This document shows positions 20,040-31,108 of a stretch of DNA of 64,000 nucleotides, one piece after another (positions within the stretch are counted from its first letter, which is position 1; each line of letters starts with the position of its first letter). A model generated the notes under the pieces. The model worked only from the letters and a program-made list of their open reading frames with translations, ran no database searches and was not told the DNA's origin. Source of the DNA: an uncultured Alphaproteobacteria bacterium (GTDB lineage Bacteria > Pseudomonadota > Alphaproteobacteria > Rhizobiales > Beijerinckiaceae); assembly GCA_963822165.1 (NCBI GenBank), contig CAWGGK010000011.1, positions 29,113 to 93,112 on the forward strand. Direction: 5' to 3'. The position numbers and the translations under genes are program-made.

Positions 20040-21839
20040 ATGCAAAAGCTTCAGCTCGACCGATCCGCGATGCAACAGCAAGATCTCAACTTGCGGAGCG
20101 GCTATCGGACTTATCTTGTCGGCGCGGCTTTGCTGAGCGCGGCGGTCAACGTGCTCTATCTCACCGGCTCGTTTTTCATGCTGGAGGTCTATGACCGCGT
20201 CATCCCGAGCAGGAGCCTGGCGACCCTCATCGGGTTGTGCGTGATTGCTGGATTTCTGTACTTTTTCCAGGGCCTGTTCGATGTTCTGCGCAGCAGGATC
20301 TGCTCAGGCTCGGCGCGTTGCTCGACGCGCGATTGGCGCCGCGGGTCATGGCCATCGTCGCACGCCTGCCTTTGCTGGGGGGCGGCCCGGGAGACAGTCT
20401 CCAGCCGCTGCGGGATCTCGACCAGATCCGCTCCTTCGTCGCGTCGGGCGGGCCCACCGCGTTTTTCGACCTGCCGTGGATCCCGCTTTACGTCGTCATC
20501 TGTTGGGCTTTCCACCCGGCGATCGGTGTCGCCGTCATCATCGGGGCGTCCATTCTCTTCAGTCTCGCCCTCTTCACCGAGATGGCCACGAGGAGCCCGA
20601 CCAAAGAGGCCGCGAAGGCCGGATCGGCACGAATGGGGCTGGCAGAGAGCGCCCGCCGCAATGCTGAAGTCGTGCATGCGCTGGGCATGGCTTCGTCACT
20701 GCGGGCCCAGTGGGAGGAGCGCAATACGGCCTACTCCAAGGCTCAATTGCGGGCCTCGAGCATCGGCGCCACCCTGTCCGGCACCTCCAAAGTTTTGCGC
20801 ATGGCTTTCCAGTCCGGGATCCTGGCGTTGGGCGCGTGGCTGGTGATCCACCAGGAGGCGACCGGCGGCATCATCATCGCAGCCTCGATCCTATCAGCAC
20901 GCGCGCTGGCGCCCGTCGAACTCGCGATCGCCAATTGGAAAGGCTTCGTGGCGATGCGCATGAGCCGTGGGCGGCTGACCGAGCTTCTGCAGCGACTGCC
21001 GACGACAACCGGCGAACGGCCCTGCCCCCGCCGCGCAATTTCATGGATGTGCAGGCCTTGACGGCAGCTCCGCCCGGCTCCCGCCGCCCCGTGGTCCAGG
21101 ACATCGGCTTCCGACTGAAGGCCGGGGCAGGCCTTGGGCGATCATTGGGCCGAGCGGATCGGGAAAATCCTCGCTGGCCCGCCTCCTCGTGAGCATATGG
21201 TCGCCGCTGAGCGGCAAGGTCAGGCTGGACGGAGCTTCGCTCGACCAGTGGGACGCCGACACGCGCGGACGGCACATCGGCTATTTGCCGCAGGATGTGG
21301 AACTCTTCGCGGGAACCGTCGCGCAGAACATTGCCCGCTTCAACGCGGCGGCCAGCGACGAAGCCATCGTCGCGGCGGCGCGGGCTGCCGGCGTGCACGA
21401 CCTCATCGTCTCGATGCCAGACGGTTACGACACCCAGATCGGCGAAGGCGGCATGGCGCTGTCCGCCGGACAGAGACAACGCATCGCGCTTGCCCGTGCG
21501 CTCTTCGGCGACCCCTTCCTTGTGGTTCTCGATGAGCCGAACTCGAACCTCGATGTGGAGGGAGAAGAGGCCCTGACCCAGGCGATCCTGGGCGTGCGGG
21601 CCCGTGGCGGCATTGTCATCGTGATCGCGCATCGCCCCAGCGCGCTGGCTGGCTGCGACCAGATCCTGACGCTCGCCGAGGGAAAGATCGTGGCACTTGG
21701 CCCCAAGGACGAGGTCTCTCGAAGGTCCTGCAGCGTCGTCCGGCAACTTGGGCCGCCGTCGCGAAGCCGTCCGTTGTGTCGCCGCGCCCAGTTGCGGCGG
21801 GAGAATAGGAGCAGCGATGGGACCCAAGGCGCACGTTGA
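20040..21839 (+). CDS. Type I secretion ABC permease/ATPase, PrtD family (frameshifted)
   Basis: FMLEVYDRVIPSRS, FFDLPW and RALAPVE; Walker A GPSGSGKS across a frameshift; LSAGQRQR and LDEPNSNLD; spans ORFs 20040, 20237 and 21189. Confidence 0.88.
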
Positions 21840-23174
21840 GGACAATGCAAAGATCCAGGCTGACCGCATGACTGCGGAACGGCCCCTGGTGCGTTCGCTC
21901 AGGCAGCATCTGCTGGTTGGCATCGCCGGCGGCGTGCTGCTGTTTGGCGGGGTCGGTGCATGGGCGACGAATACCGAATTCACGGGCGCCGTCATCGCGC
22001 CGGGGCAGCTGGTGGTCGATAGCTCTGTCAAGAAGGTCCAGCACCCGACGGGTGGCGTCGTGGGCGAGCTGAAGGTCCGTGAAGGCGACGTGGTCAAGGC
22101 CGGCGACGTCGTGCTTCGCCTTGACGAGACGCTTACACGGGCAAGCCTCGCGATCGTCAGCAAGACCCTGGACGAGCTGTACGCGCGCATGTCCCGTCTC
22201 GAAGCGGAGCGTGACGGCAGCCCGACTTTCATCATTCCCGGCGAGATGGCCTCCCGCGTCGGAGAAGAGGGTCTGTCGCGCGTGCTCCTGGGGGAAGCGA
22301 CCCTGCTGACAACTTCCGGGCCGAAGCCCGTGCCGGGCTCAAGGCGCAGCTCAATGAACGCATTGCCCAATTGCGGCAGGAAGTTGAAGGCCTCATCGGG
22401 CAGACCGAGGCGAAGTCGCGCGAGAAGGAGCTGATCACCGAGGAACTGAATGGTGTCAGGGCGCTCTATGCCAAGAACCTCGTTTCGATCCAGCGGGTGA
22501 ACCTGTTGGAGCGCGACGCCGTGCGGCTCGAAGGAGAGCGGGGACAATTGGTGGCCAGCATTGCCCAGGCCCGGGGACGGATGAGCGAGATCGGCCTGCA
22601 GATCCTCCAGATCGACCAGGACTTGCGCAGCGAAGTCGCCCGCGATCTCCGGGACACGCAGGGCAAGATCGCCGAACTGGTCGAGCGCAAGGTCGCGGCC
22701 GCCGATCAGTTGCGCCGGGTCGATTTGCGCGCGCCCCAGGACGGCATCGTCCATCAGCTCCTGACCCATACCGTGGGCGGGGTGATCAGCCCGGGCGAAG
22801 CGGTGATGCTGATCGTGCCCGAAGGTGACCGGCTGGTCGTCGAAGCCAGGATCAGCCCGGCCGACATCGACCATGTCCGGGCGCAGCGGACAGCGCGTCT
22901 GCGCTTCGCCGCGTTCAATCAACGCGAAACGCCGGAAGTCGAAGGCATCGTCATGACGGTGTCGGCCGATGTGACGACAGACCCCAAGACGTCGTCCACG
23001 TACTACGTCGCCCGCATTGCACTCAACGCGGAGGCGACAAGAACGCTGAAAGATCTCCGCCTTGTTCCGGGCATGCCAGTGGAGGCCTTTATCGAGACGT
23101 CACCGCGTACAGTCCTGTCTTTTCTGACGAAGCCTCTCACCGATCAAGTCCGGAAGACATTCCGTGAAAACTAG
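21817..23174 (+). CDS. HlyD/PrtE family T1SS membrane fusion protein (frameshift near 22310)
   Basis: TM segment, KKVQHPTGGVV, V.EGDVVKAGD, RAPQDGIV and LVPGMPVEAFIET..R. Confidence 0.88.
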
Positions 23175-23317
23175 TTCCAGCAACAAGAAAAACAGAACCT
23201 CAATGACGTCCTCACTGCAAGGCCTATTGAGCGACGTTGCGGAGGCCATCAGAAGGCAGCCGCTGCTTTCGATCTGCAGAGGGTCAACGAAACGATCAAG
23301 ATGGAGACAACAGGTCA

Positions 23318-24123
23318 TGGACAGTCGAACCCATCCGCAAAGAGATTTTTATTCACGACCGATTGGACCTCGATGCTCGTGATGAGAGCCGAGATTTTGG
23401 ATCTGTCTCTGCAGACACCTCAAAGATTTTGTTGCTGGACCAAAGCATTGAAGGCACCGTAAAAAACCCAGGACCTTGGGCGACGGAATGCGTGGTTGTC
23501 GTCGAGCACAGCGAGGTAATGGCCCGTGGTCTGGCGTCTTTCCTTCGCGAGGCAGGTTGCGAACTCGTCGAATTTTGCACCCGCGAAGATCATGCAGCGG
23601 ATCGGGTCCGGCAGAGCCAAGCCGAGATCGTTGTTTTCGGTCGAGGGCTTCCATCGAAATCCAGAGCTCGCCGTGTCGATCCTTGGCTCGGAGCAGGGCC
23701 GGTTCGGCATTGTGATCCGGGACCGTTTTGACGCAGCCGAAGTAACCGGTCTGTCCGAACTCGGCATCATCGGCATCATCCATGCGGATGCCGGCGCTGA
23801 CAAATACAGGGCATGCATCGCGTCGGTGAGGGAGGGGATTACCCTGGATCGATCCGGATTTCCTGTCGGTTCTGATGCAGCCGAGCGGCCGGTGCACAAA
23901 CGCCCTCACATGCCGAGAACTCGACATTTTGCACATGGTGCAGCGTGGCTCCAGGAACAAGCAAATCGCCTACTCTCTCGGGATCACCGAGGGAACCGTG
24001 AAAATGCACATCCACAACATGCTCGTTAAACTCCAGGTCACGACGCGGACGGAACTGGCTCTGCTTGGGGTTCGGAGCGCCGCTCGCGCGGGCTTTGATC
24101 CAAGGGAAGGTAGCAAGGAATAG
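23318..24123 (+). CDS. LuxR/NarL-type regulator with degenerate receiver-like domain (frameshifted; start uncertain)
   Basis: VVVVEHSEVMARGL N-terminal block and HTH LTCRELDILHMV..GSRNKQIAYSLGITEGTVKMHIHNM. Confidence 0.7.
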
Positions 24124-24301
24124 TACGCTTGGCGTCTGACCCGATACGTCGACCGGACTGAGCGGGACCGGGAATTTTTCCCGGACCAAAGCCAAGATCT
24201 GCATCGCTACGCCGAGCCATTGCACTTGTTCCGAGCCACTGCATGGCGAGGGAACGAGGACGTCCATCTAGCAATCAAACTCCGCCCTGTCGGCGCGAAG
24301 T

Positions 24302-24323
24302 GGAGGCGGTGTGAGCCGCCTCC
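24302..24323 (-). terminator. Hairpin just downstream of the repeat-protein gene
   Basis: GGAGGCGG-tgtgag-CCGCCTCC, a perfect 8-bp stem 15 bp past the stop codon; U-tract is weak. Confidence 0.45.
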
Positions 24324-24337
24324 CCTTGGTTCTTAGC

Positions 24338-27300
24338 CTATACGATGAATGCGTTGCTGATGTTGACGTCCAACTGCTGCGTGGCCGTGGCATCCCCGTC
24401 CGCATCCAACACGTTCAACGAGAAGCTGAGACTGGCGTCGATTGTCCCACTGGACTGCTGCACGAACCCGATGTCCACGATCTTCAGGACATCGTTGTCT
24501 GTTGGATCCCAAGCCGTCAGGCCGCTGGTGGCGCTGCTGCCGCCGTTTGCTCCGGTAGCTCCATTCAGATTGATGGCGTTACCCGTCAACCCGTTGGCGC
24601 TCTGCATGATCTGGATGCCCTGGATCTGGTAGGTCTCGCCAGCGACTGTGTAGTCGTTCTGTTCGAGAATGAGCAGGGCATCGTTGTTGTCGAGCGTGAA
24701 TTGGGTGTTGTAAGGCGCGGGAACGTTTGCGTTGCCCTTGATCAGATCCGAATTCTGAACGTTGACTGCCCTGGTAATTTCAACGCCATTGGCGCCCTTC
24801 AGGTCGAGGATCAGGATCAGATCCTCGGAATTGCCAATGCCGTCGAACTTGACGACGACGCCACTTGCCGAGGCTGTCGGGTCGAGCCGTTCGGTACCTC
24901 CGCCGGCAGCATTGGGGTCGACATCCCCGAGTATATTCTCCTCGAAAAACCGCAAAGTCAGCAGTTCACCTTTTTGGATCGTATCTCCGGCGACGCCATT
25001 CGTGGATTGGGTCGCACTGACCCAGTCCTCGTTGAGGTTGGTGACCATATCGTGGGCACCCTGCGTAAATGAGATATCGGTCGGCGGTCCGGTCGGCGCT
25101 CCATCGCCCATCGAATTGAACCCAAACCCGATCTGCTGGGTGATCGAGTTCGCGGTGAACTGAACAAAGAACGGATCTGGATCGCCGTTCGGCGTCAGTT
25201 GCTCGGCGACAATCAGCGGATGGCCGGTGTTGCCGGTAGGCTGTTTCGCCACCAACTCACTCGTCTGCAGCACATCAAACGAGAAGCCGTCGATGACGTC
25301 GGTCAGAGCCAACGTGTAGGTGTCGTTGACCTTGTCGAATGTCAGCGTGCCGCCAGCGGTAGCGTCCTGAACGCCTGCTGTGATTGGATCCTTGTCGTAG
25401 TGGAACGACAAGGGAAATTTGCGGAACTCTCAGTTTCGCTCTGGAGCGTCACCACGGCTTGGGTGATGCCGGGGGTCTGGGCGTTATCGACCGTGCCCGT
25501 CAGGCTGATCTGCACTTTTGCAAGGATATTGTTGATATCAACAAAGTCACTGATACCCGCCGCATACTCCGAAGCCGTGTGCCTATCCGTCATGTCGTAG
25601 CCGAAGATCCCGCTGGCCGTCTGACCCAGCTCGTTACCCAGCGTCTCGGGCGTTTGAATATCCGAAGCAACAGGGTCAGCATCGAACGGAACCGTGATCG
25701 TCGGATCGGTGTCGTCGAAGGTCAGGGAGAGACCCGCGCTCGCCCTTTGCTCCGACACGACATCCTCGTCGCCGTCGGTCACCGTCACCGTCGACACCAC
25801 GTTGATCAGACCGTTGAGGTCGAGGGTATTGTCCTCGCCCGCGCCTTGCGGCGCGTTCGAGTGCTCGAGCGCAACGAACGACTTCAGCGTCACGGTCGTA
25901 CCCGACAGCGTTACTGTGAACGCGGCCTTATCGAGCGAACCGTTGCCGTCGCTGTCGAACATGCCCGAGATCTGGGTAGCGGAGTCGGCGACCAAGGTGA
26001 TCGCGTGGTTGCCTGCGGTGGTCTGCAGGCCGGTCGAAGTCCCGCCCGCCAAAGCCAGCGCGTAGGTCACATTCGTCGTGTAGCCGTCCACCGCGCTTGC
26101 CGTGTAGGCCGGCGGTGTGATCGTCACCTGGCTCTGCCCGCCAGCCCCGCTCGCTTCGACCACCTCGGCAGCGCCAACCACCGGAGCGGCCGTGATGGAC
26201 AGCGACGGATCGGTGTCGTTGAAGGTCAGGGAGAGATCCGCGCTCGCCCTTTGCTCCGACACGACATCCTCGTCGCCGTCGGTCACCGTCACCGTCGACA
26301 CCACGTTGATCAGACCGTTGAGGTCGAGGGTATTGTCCTCGCCCGCGCCTTGCGGCGCGTTCGAGTGCTCAAGGGCCACCAGCGACTTCAGCGTCACGGT
26401 CGTGCCCGACAGCGTTACTGTGAACGCAGTAGCATCAAGCGTGCTGTTACCGTCGCTGTCATACTTGCCAGAGATCTGGCTGGCGAAGTCGGCGACCAAG
26501 GTGATCGCGTGGTTGCCTGCGGTGGTCTGCAGGCCGGTCGAAGTCCCGCCCGCCAAAGCCAGCGCGTAGGTCACATTCGTCGTGTAGCCGTCGACCGCAC
26601 TTGCCGTGTAGGCCGGCGGCGTGATCGTCGCCGTGCCCTGCCCGCCAGCCCCGCTCGCTTCGACCACCTCGGCAGCGCCAACCACCGGAGCGGCCGTGAT
26701 CGTGAGCGTCGGATCGGTGTCGTTGAAGGTCAGCGACAGCGCCGAACTCGTGCTTTGCGACGACAAGACATCCTCGTCGCCGTCGGTCACCGTCACCGTC
26801 GACACCACGTTGATCAGACCGTTGAGGTCGAGGGTATTGTCCTCGCCCGCGCCTTGCGGCGCGTTCGAGTGCTCGAGCGCAACGAACGACTTCAACGTCA
26901 CGGTCGTACCCGACAGCGTTACTGTGAACGCAGTAGCATCAAGCGTGCTGTTACCGTCGCTGTCATACTTGCCAGAGATCTGGCTGGCGGAGTCCGCGAC
27001 CAAGGTGATCGCGTGGTTGCCTGCGGTGGTCTGCAGGCCGGTCGAAGTCCCGCCCGCCAAAGCCAGTGCGTAGGTCACATTCGTCGTGTAGCCGTCCACC
27101 GCGCTCGCCGTGTAGGCTGGCGGCGTGATCGTCGCCGTGCCCTGCCCGCCGGCCCCGCTCGCTTCGACCACCTCGGCAGCGCCAACCACCGGAGCGGCCG
27201 TGATCGAGAGCGACGGATCGGTGTCGTTGAAGGTCAGCGACAGCGCCGAACTCGTGCTTTGCGACGACAAGACATCCTCGTCGCCGTCGGTCACCGTCAC

Positions 27301-29486
27301 CGTCGACACCACGTTGATCAGACCGTTGAGGTCGAGGGTATTGTCCTCGCCCGCGCCTTGCGGCGCGTTCGAGTGCTCGAGCGCAACGAACGACTTCAAC
27401 GTCACGGTCGTACCCGACAGCGTTACTGTGAACGCAGTAGCATCAAGCGTGCTGTTACCGTCGCTGTCATACTTGCCAGAGATCTGGCTGGCGGAGTCGG
27501 CGACCAAGGTGATCGCGTGGTTGCCTGCGGTGGTCTGCAGGCCGGTCGAAGTCCCGCCCGCCAAAGCCAGTGCGTAGGTCACATTCGTCGTGTAGCCGTC
27601 CACCGCGCTCGCCGTGTAGGCTGGCGGCGTGATCGTCGCCGTGCCCTGCCCGCCGGCCCCGCTCGCTTCGACCACCTCGGCCGCGGTAACAGTCGGAGCG
27701 GCCGTGATCGAGAGCGTCGGGTCGGTGTCGTCGAAGATCAGCGACAGCGCCTGGCTCGTGCTTTGCGCCGAAAATGGATCATTGTCGCCGTCGGTCACCG
27801 TCACCGTCGACACCACGTTGATCAGACCGTTGAGATCGAGCGTGTTGTCCTCACCAGCGCCTTGCGGTGAGTTCGAGTGTTCCAGGGCAACGAACGACTT
27901 CAGCGTCACGGTCGTACCCGACAGCGTTACTGTGAACGCAGTAGCATCGAGTGAGGCGTTGCCGTCGCTGTCATACTTGCCAGAGATCTGGCTGGCGGAG
28001 TCGGCGACCAAGGTGATCGCGTGGTTGCCTGCGGTGGTCTGCAGACCGGTCGAAGTCCCGCCCGCCAAAGCCAGCGCGTAGGTCACATTCGTCGTGTAGC
28101 CGTCCACCGCGCTTGCCGTGTAGGCCGGCGGCGTGATCGTCACCTGGCTCTGCCCGCCAGCCCCGCTCGCTTCGACCACCTCGGCAGCGCCAACCACCGG
28201 AGCGGCCGTGATGGACAGCGACGGCCGGAATCGTCGAAGTTGATGAAGGACCCGACTTCTTCAGTGTAGGCGTTCGTGCTCGTTGCCGAGTAATGGAACT
28301 CGGTGATGTCGCACCCTTCGTTCAAATCAACTCCCGAAACGGTCAGCCGGTCCAGTGGACTGCTGGTTGTAATATCGACAATAGTGACGTTGTCGAGACC
28401 GGTGATTGTAACGACGCCGGTCCCGAGTCCGCTGATAGTGACGTCAACGCTGCCCGCAACATCAAAGGTCCCATCGGCAGTGATGGGGAGCGCAACGCCC
28501 GATTGGCCGGTCAACTTAACGCTGGTAATAGGTGCAGCTGTGGTCGGGCTGCCGTCATAGAAGCCCGACCCTTGCTCGTTGCCCTGAACGTTGAAGGCGC
28601 TGATTTTGATGTCCACCCGCAAACCCGGGTTCGAAGGCGTAATTTGATTGATCGTGAACCCTGCCTGCGAAATCGTCTCGATATGGCTACCATACTGGAT
28701 TTCCGACGCGCTACCTGCGGGCAGGGTCCCGCCGGTCACAAAGTCAACCTGGAGCGTTTCGTTCGGATTGATGCTCTGGTTGTTGACGCCGAAGCCCTGG
28801 GTGCTCACGTTTGCGGTGGCGTTGCTGTTCCCCACAAAGCCCGTGACGAGAATCTGCTTGGAAGCGTCACTAGGCGAATTGATCAGATAAAAATCGTGAT
28901 TTCCGGGCGCAGCGTTCTGTCCTGTAAAAGAGACGACCGTGGTCCCACTAACCGCCGCGAATACATGATTTGATAGATCGATCTGCTCATCAATTTTGGT
29001 CGGATCGGGGTGAAGCAACGGCACGTATTGAACCGTATACAAGTCGGCATTCGTGGCGCTGGTGTTGATCAGCGCAAACGAGAACGCGAGTGCGCCTTTT
29101 TCATCGGGCTCGGCAGCCGCATCAGAGGTGCCGATGACGCCGATCACGACGTTTGAGTGCGTTGCATCCTGAAACAGCCAAACATAATTGCCATCGACTG
29201 TGCGGATCCCGCTGTTCACGCCGACCGTGGTCGAGAACGGAGTGCCTGAGGAATTCTGCGCGAGAATAACTGAGGTGATCGTTTCCCCTGCGCTCGCCGA
29301 GGCCTGTACGAAGTTGGACTGGAAGGCGACCTCCGGTGAAGTCAGTCCGCCTGCGGCATCTAGGCCCAAAAGGTATTGCAGCGTTGTGTTGGTGTTGTGT
29401 GGAGCCAGTGTCGGATTAACGTCGTCATCCGTCAGGCCGATGCTTTCGTCGATGACGAGCTCTTGGGTCACGATGTCGAGCGCCAT
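24338..29486 (-). CDS. Large acidic Thr/Ser/Gly-rich repeat protein (DUF5801-like), probable T1SS substrate; two frameshifts
   Basis: Joins ORFs 28140..29759 (ATG at 29486 with AAGGAG), 25342..28197 and 24338..25411. TDGD.D and F.DTDP motifs; no Sec signal; adjacent to PrtD/PrtE. Confidence 0.82.
25700..28220 (-). repeat. Five tandem 504-bp (168-aa) coding repeats
   Basis: Equivalent positions recur at 26117, 26621, 27125 and 27629; protein unit AAEVVEASGAGGQ..LEHSNAPQGAGEDNTLDL..FNDTDP. Confidence 0.95.
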
Positions 29487-29676
29487 TGAGTGATCTCCTT
29501 GGGTCATGACGATGGAACGAAGCGACGCAGGTGCCGAAACTTCAGTCGCGATACCGGTGGCGCGTTCCCGCTGAGGCGGAAGCAGAGGCGTACACTTCGT
29601 TCCAATTAACCTGGAGATGGCGTTAGATAAGCGTCGCACTCTCTTTCGATAGTAACCGTCGGATATATATCTAACA

Positions 29677-30276
29677 TCACCAGCCCGATCTGCGTACTTG
29701 TGCAGCTGGTGGGCCGTCAGTCGGCCTATCCAAGGAGAATACTGTTGCTGGCGTCTCAAGCCGGAAGAACGCTAACGCCGTTCCAGGGCAATCATGGACG
29801 ATAACGAAGTCCAGTTCGCGGCGTTCTTCGGGCTCCACCGATGATTCCTGTCCGGTACAGAAGGCGACGCCAAAGCCGGCGTGGCGCGCCCGGAGCAGGA
29901 AAGCAAGTTCGCGTTCGGGCCTGAATCCAAGGGCGCCCAGATTGGCCGCGGTTGTGGCGTCGAAGAATGACACCGTCGGAAGGTTGGCGATGCGGGAGAC
30001 ACCCTTTGCGCGAAGGCGCTCCAGCAGTCGATCCGGCGATCGCAGCCTGTCGAGGGCGAACACCCCGAAATAGAGGCGGTCGCGCTCGGACGCTGGTCCG
30101 TCGAGGACCCAATCTTCGTCGACATAGGCGTTGGCGTCGTGAATCGGCAGAATGGATAGCCACAGGCCCGACGGCATGGGCAGACCGGACAGCGATGGAC
30201 AGATGAACACCGGGCCCGTGCCGCCCCGTTCGGCTCGTCCTGGCACGCGGTCGCGCACATCGCAGAGCATCGTCAT
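29677..30276 (-). CDS. Short divergent PEP-hydrolase-like (TIM-barrel signal transduction) paralogue
   Basis: LPIHDAN..FGVFALD..GVSRIANLPTVSFFD..ANLGALGF..E aligns by eye to [38 protein letters not shown] of 34526..35362. Confidence 0.65.
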   Translation of the reverse strand: MTMLCDVRDRVPGRAERGGTGPVFICPSLSGLPMPSGLWLSILPIHDANAYVDEDWVLDGPASERDRLYFGVFALDRLRSPDRLLERLRAKGVSRIANLPTVSFFDATTAANLGALGFRPERELAFLLRARHAGFGVAFCTGQESSVEPEERRELDFVIVHDCPGTALAFFRLETPATVFSLDRPTDGPPAAQVRRSGW

Positions 30277-30355
30277 TCTCCAACCCCGACCAGGGATTCA
30301 AAAGCTGGTGGGCCACCGACCCAATGCGAGGCGAATTCGCAGGGCAGCTTTTCAC

Positions 30356-30372
30356 TACCCATTGTTACCCAA
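30356..30372 (+). promoter_or_regulatory. Shared operator-like motif, copy A
   Basis: TACCCATTGTTACCCAA; 15 of 17 positions identical to the reverse complement of 42572..42588; about 100 bp upstream of the operon start. Confidence 0.6.
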
Positions 30373-30470
30373 GAAGCGGAGATGTGCTTGTTTCATTGTA
30401 AGGGTCGGCAGGGCAAACTCAGTTTGGCGCTCGCTGAAAGAGGTGCCAACGAAAGCACAGGGAGGATTGG

Positions 30471-31106
30471 GTGGCCGTCTTCAGGAGCCATGACGTTGCC
30501 CCCGGCTGGTGCGAATTGGAGCGATTCGAGATCGTCGATCTCGCTTTGGGCCAGACCGTGCAGCACCGGCGGGCCACGCCCAAAGAACGCGTAATCGGAT
30601 GCCTCGGTGCCGTCCAGTTGATCCATCCTGGCGGCTCCGTCCTCATCCGCGAGGGCCAGTTCTTCGACGTCGAACTCGTGGACGGCGCCGATTATTCCCT
30701 GAAGGGCTGCACGCCCAAGGCCCAGGCGGTGCGCCTCTGCGGGCATTGGGGTGCCGACATTTCGGGCTGCGGCATCTTCAGGGTCGAAAATCAGGTCAAT
30801 CCGAGCGATAACGGCGATCCTGTGCCCTACCAGAAGAACACCCGGATCGACTCCCACTACCATGACTGCGACGAATACTGGATCGTACTGGAGGGCCGCG
30901 CGACCGTCGTCGTAGGCGGGACCCACATGGCCATGGGTCCTGGCGATTGCGTCACGATCGGCATGGGCCATCACCACGACATGCCGGAGGCGCCCGAGCC
31001 GGTAAAGGCCGTCTATTTCGAGACGACCCTGGAGCGGCAGAAGCGCGTCGGACACCTCTGGAACCATACCCATGGCATCGCCGTGCCGCATCCGGAAAGG
31101 ATCTGA
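30471..31106 (+). CDS. Cupin domain protein
   Basis: HYHDCDEYW..EG and MGPGD..IGMGHHH metal-binding cupin motifs; GGGAGG RBS with GTG start. Confidence 0.85.
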   Translation: MAVFRSHDVAPGWCELERFEIVDLALGQTVQHRRATPKERVIGCLGAVQLIHPGGSVLIREGQFFDVELVDGADYSLKGCTPKAQAVRLCGHWGADISGCGIFRVENQVNPSDNGDPVPYQKNTRIDSHYHDCDEYWIVLEGRATVVVGGTHMAMGPGDCVTIGMGHHHDMPEAPEPVKAVYFETTLERQKRVGHLWNHTHGIAVPHPERI

Positions 31107-31108
31107 AC

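Noticed and set aside
25384-28081. Long plus-strand ORFs (828 aa and repeated 150 aa) over the repeat gene
   Set aside because: Antisense shadows of a GC-rich repetitive CDS; no independent motifs.
30405-30460. GGGCAAAC...GAAAGAG...GAAAGC resembling a c-di-GMP-I riboswitch
   Set aside because: Spacing and pairing do not fit P2/P3 and there is no GACGCAAAGC; only a short hairpin (TTGGCGCTC/GAGGTGCCAA) is evident.
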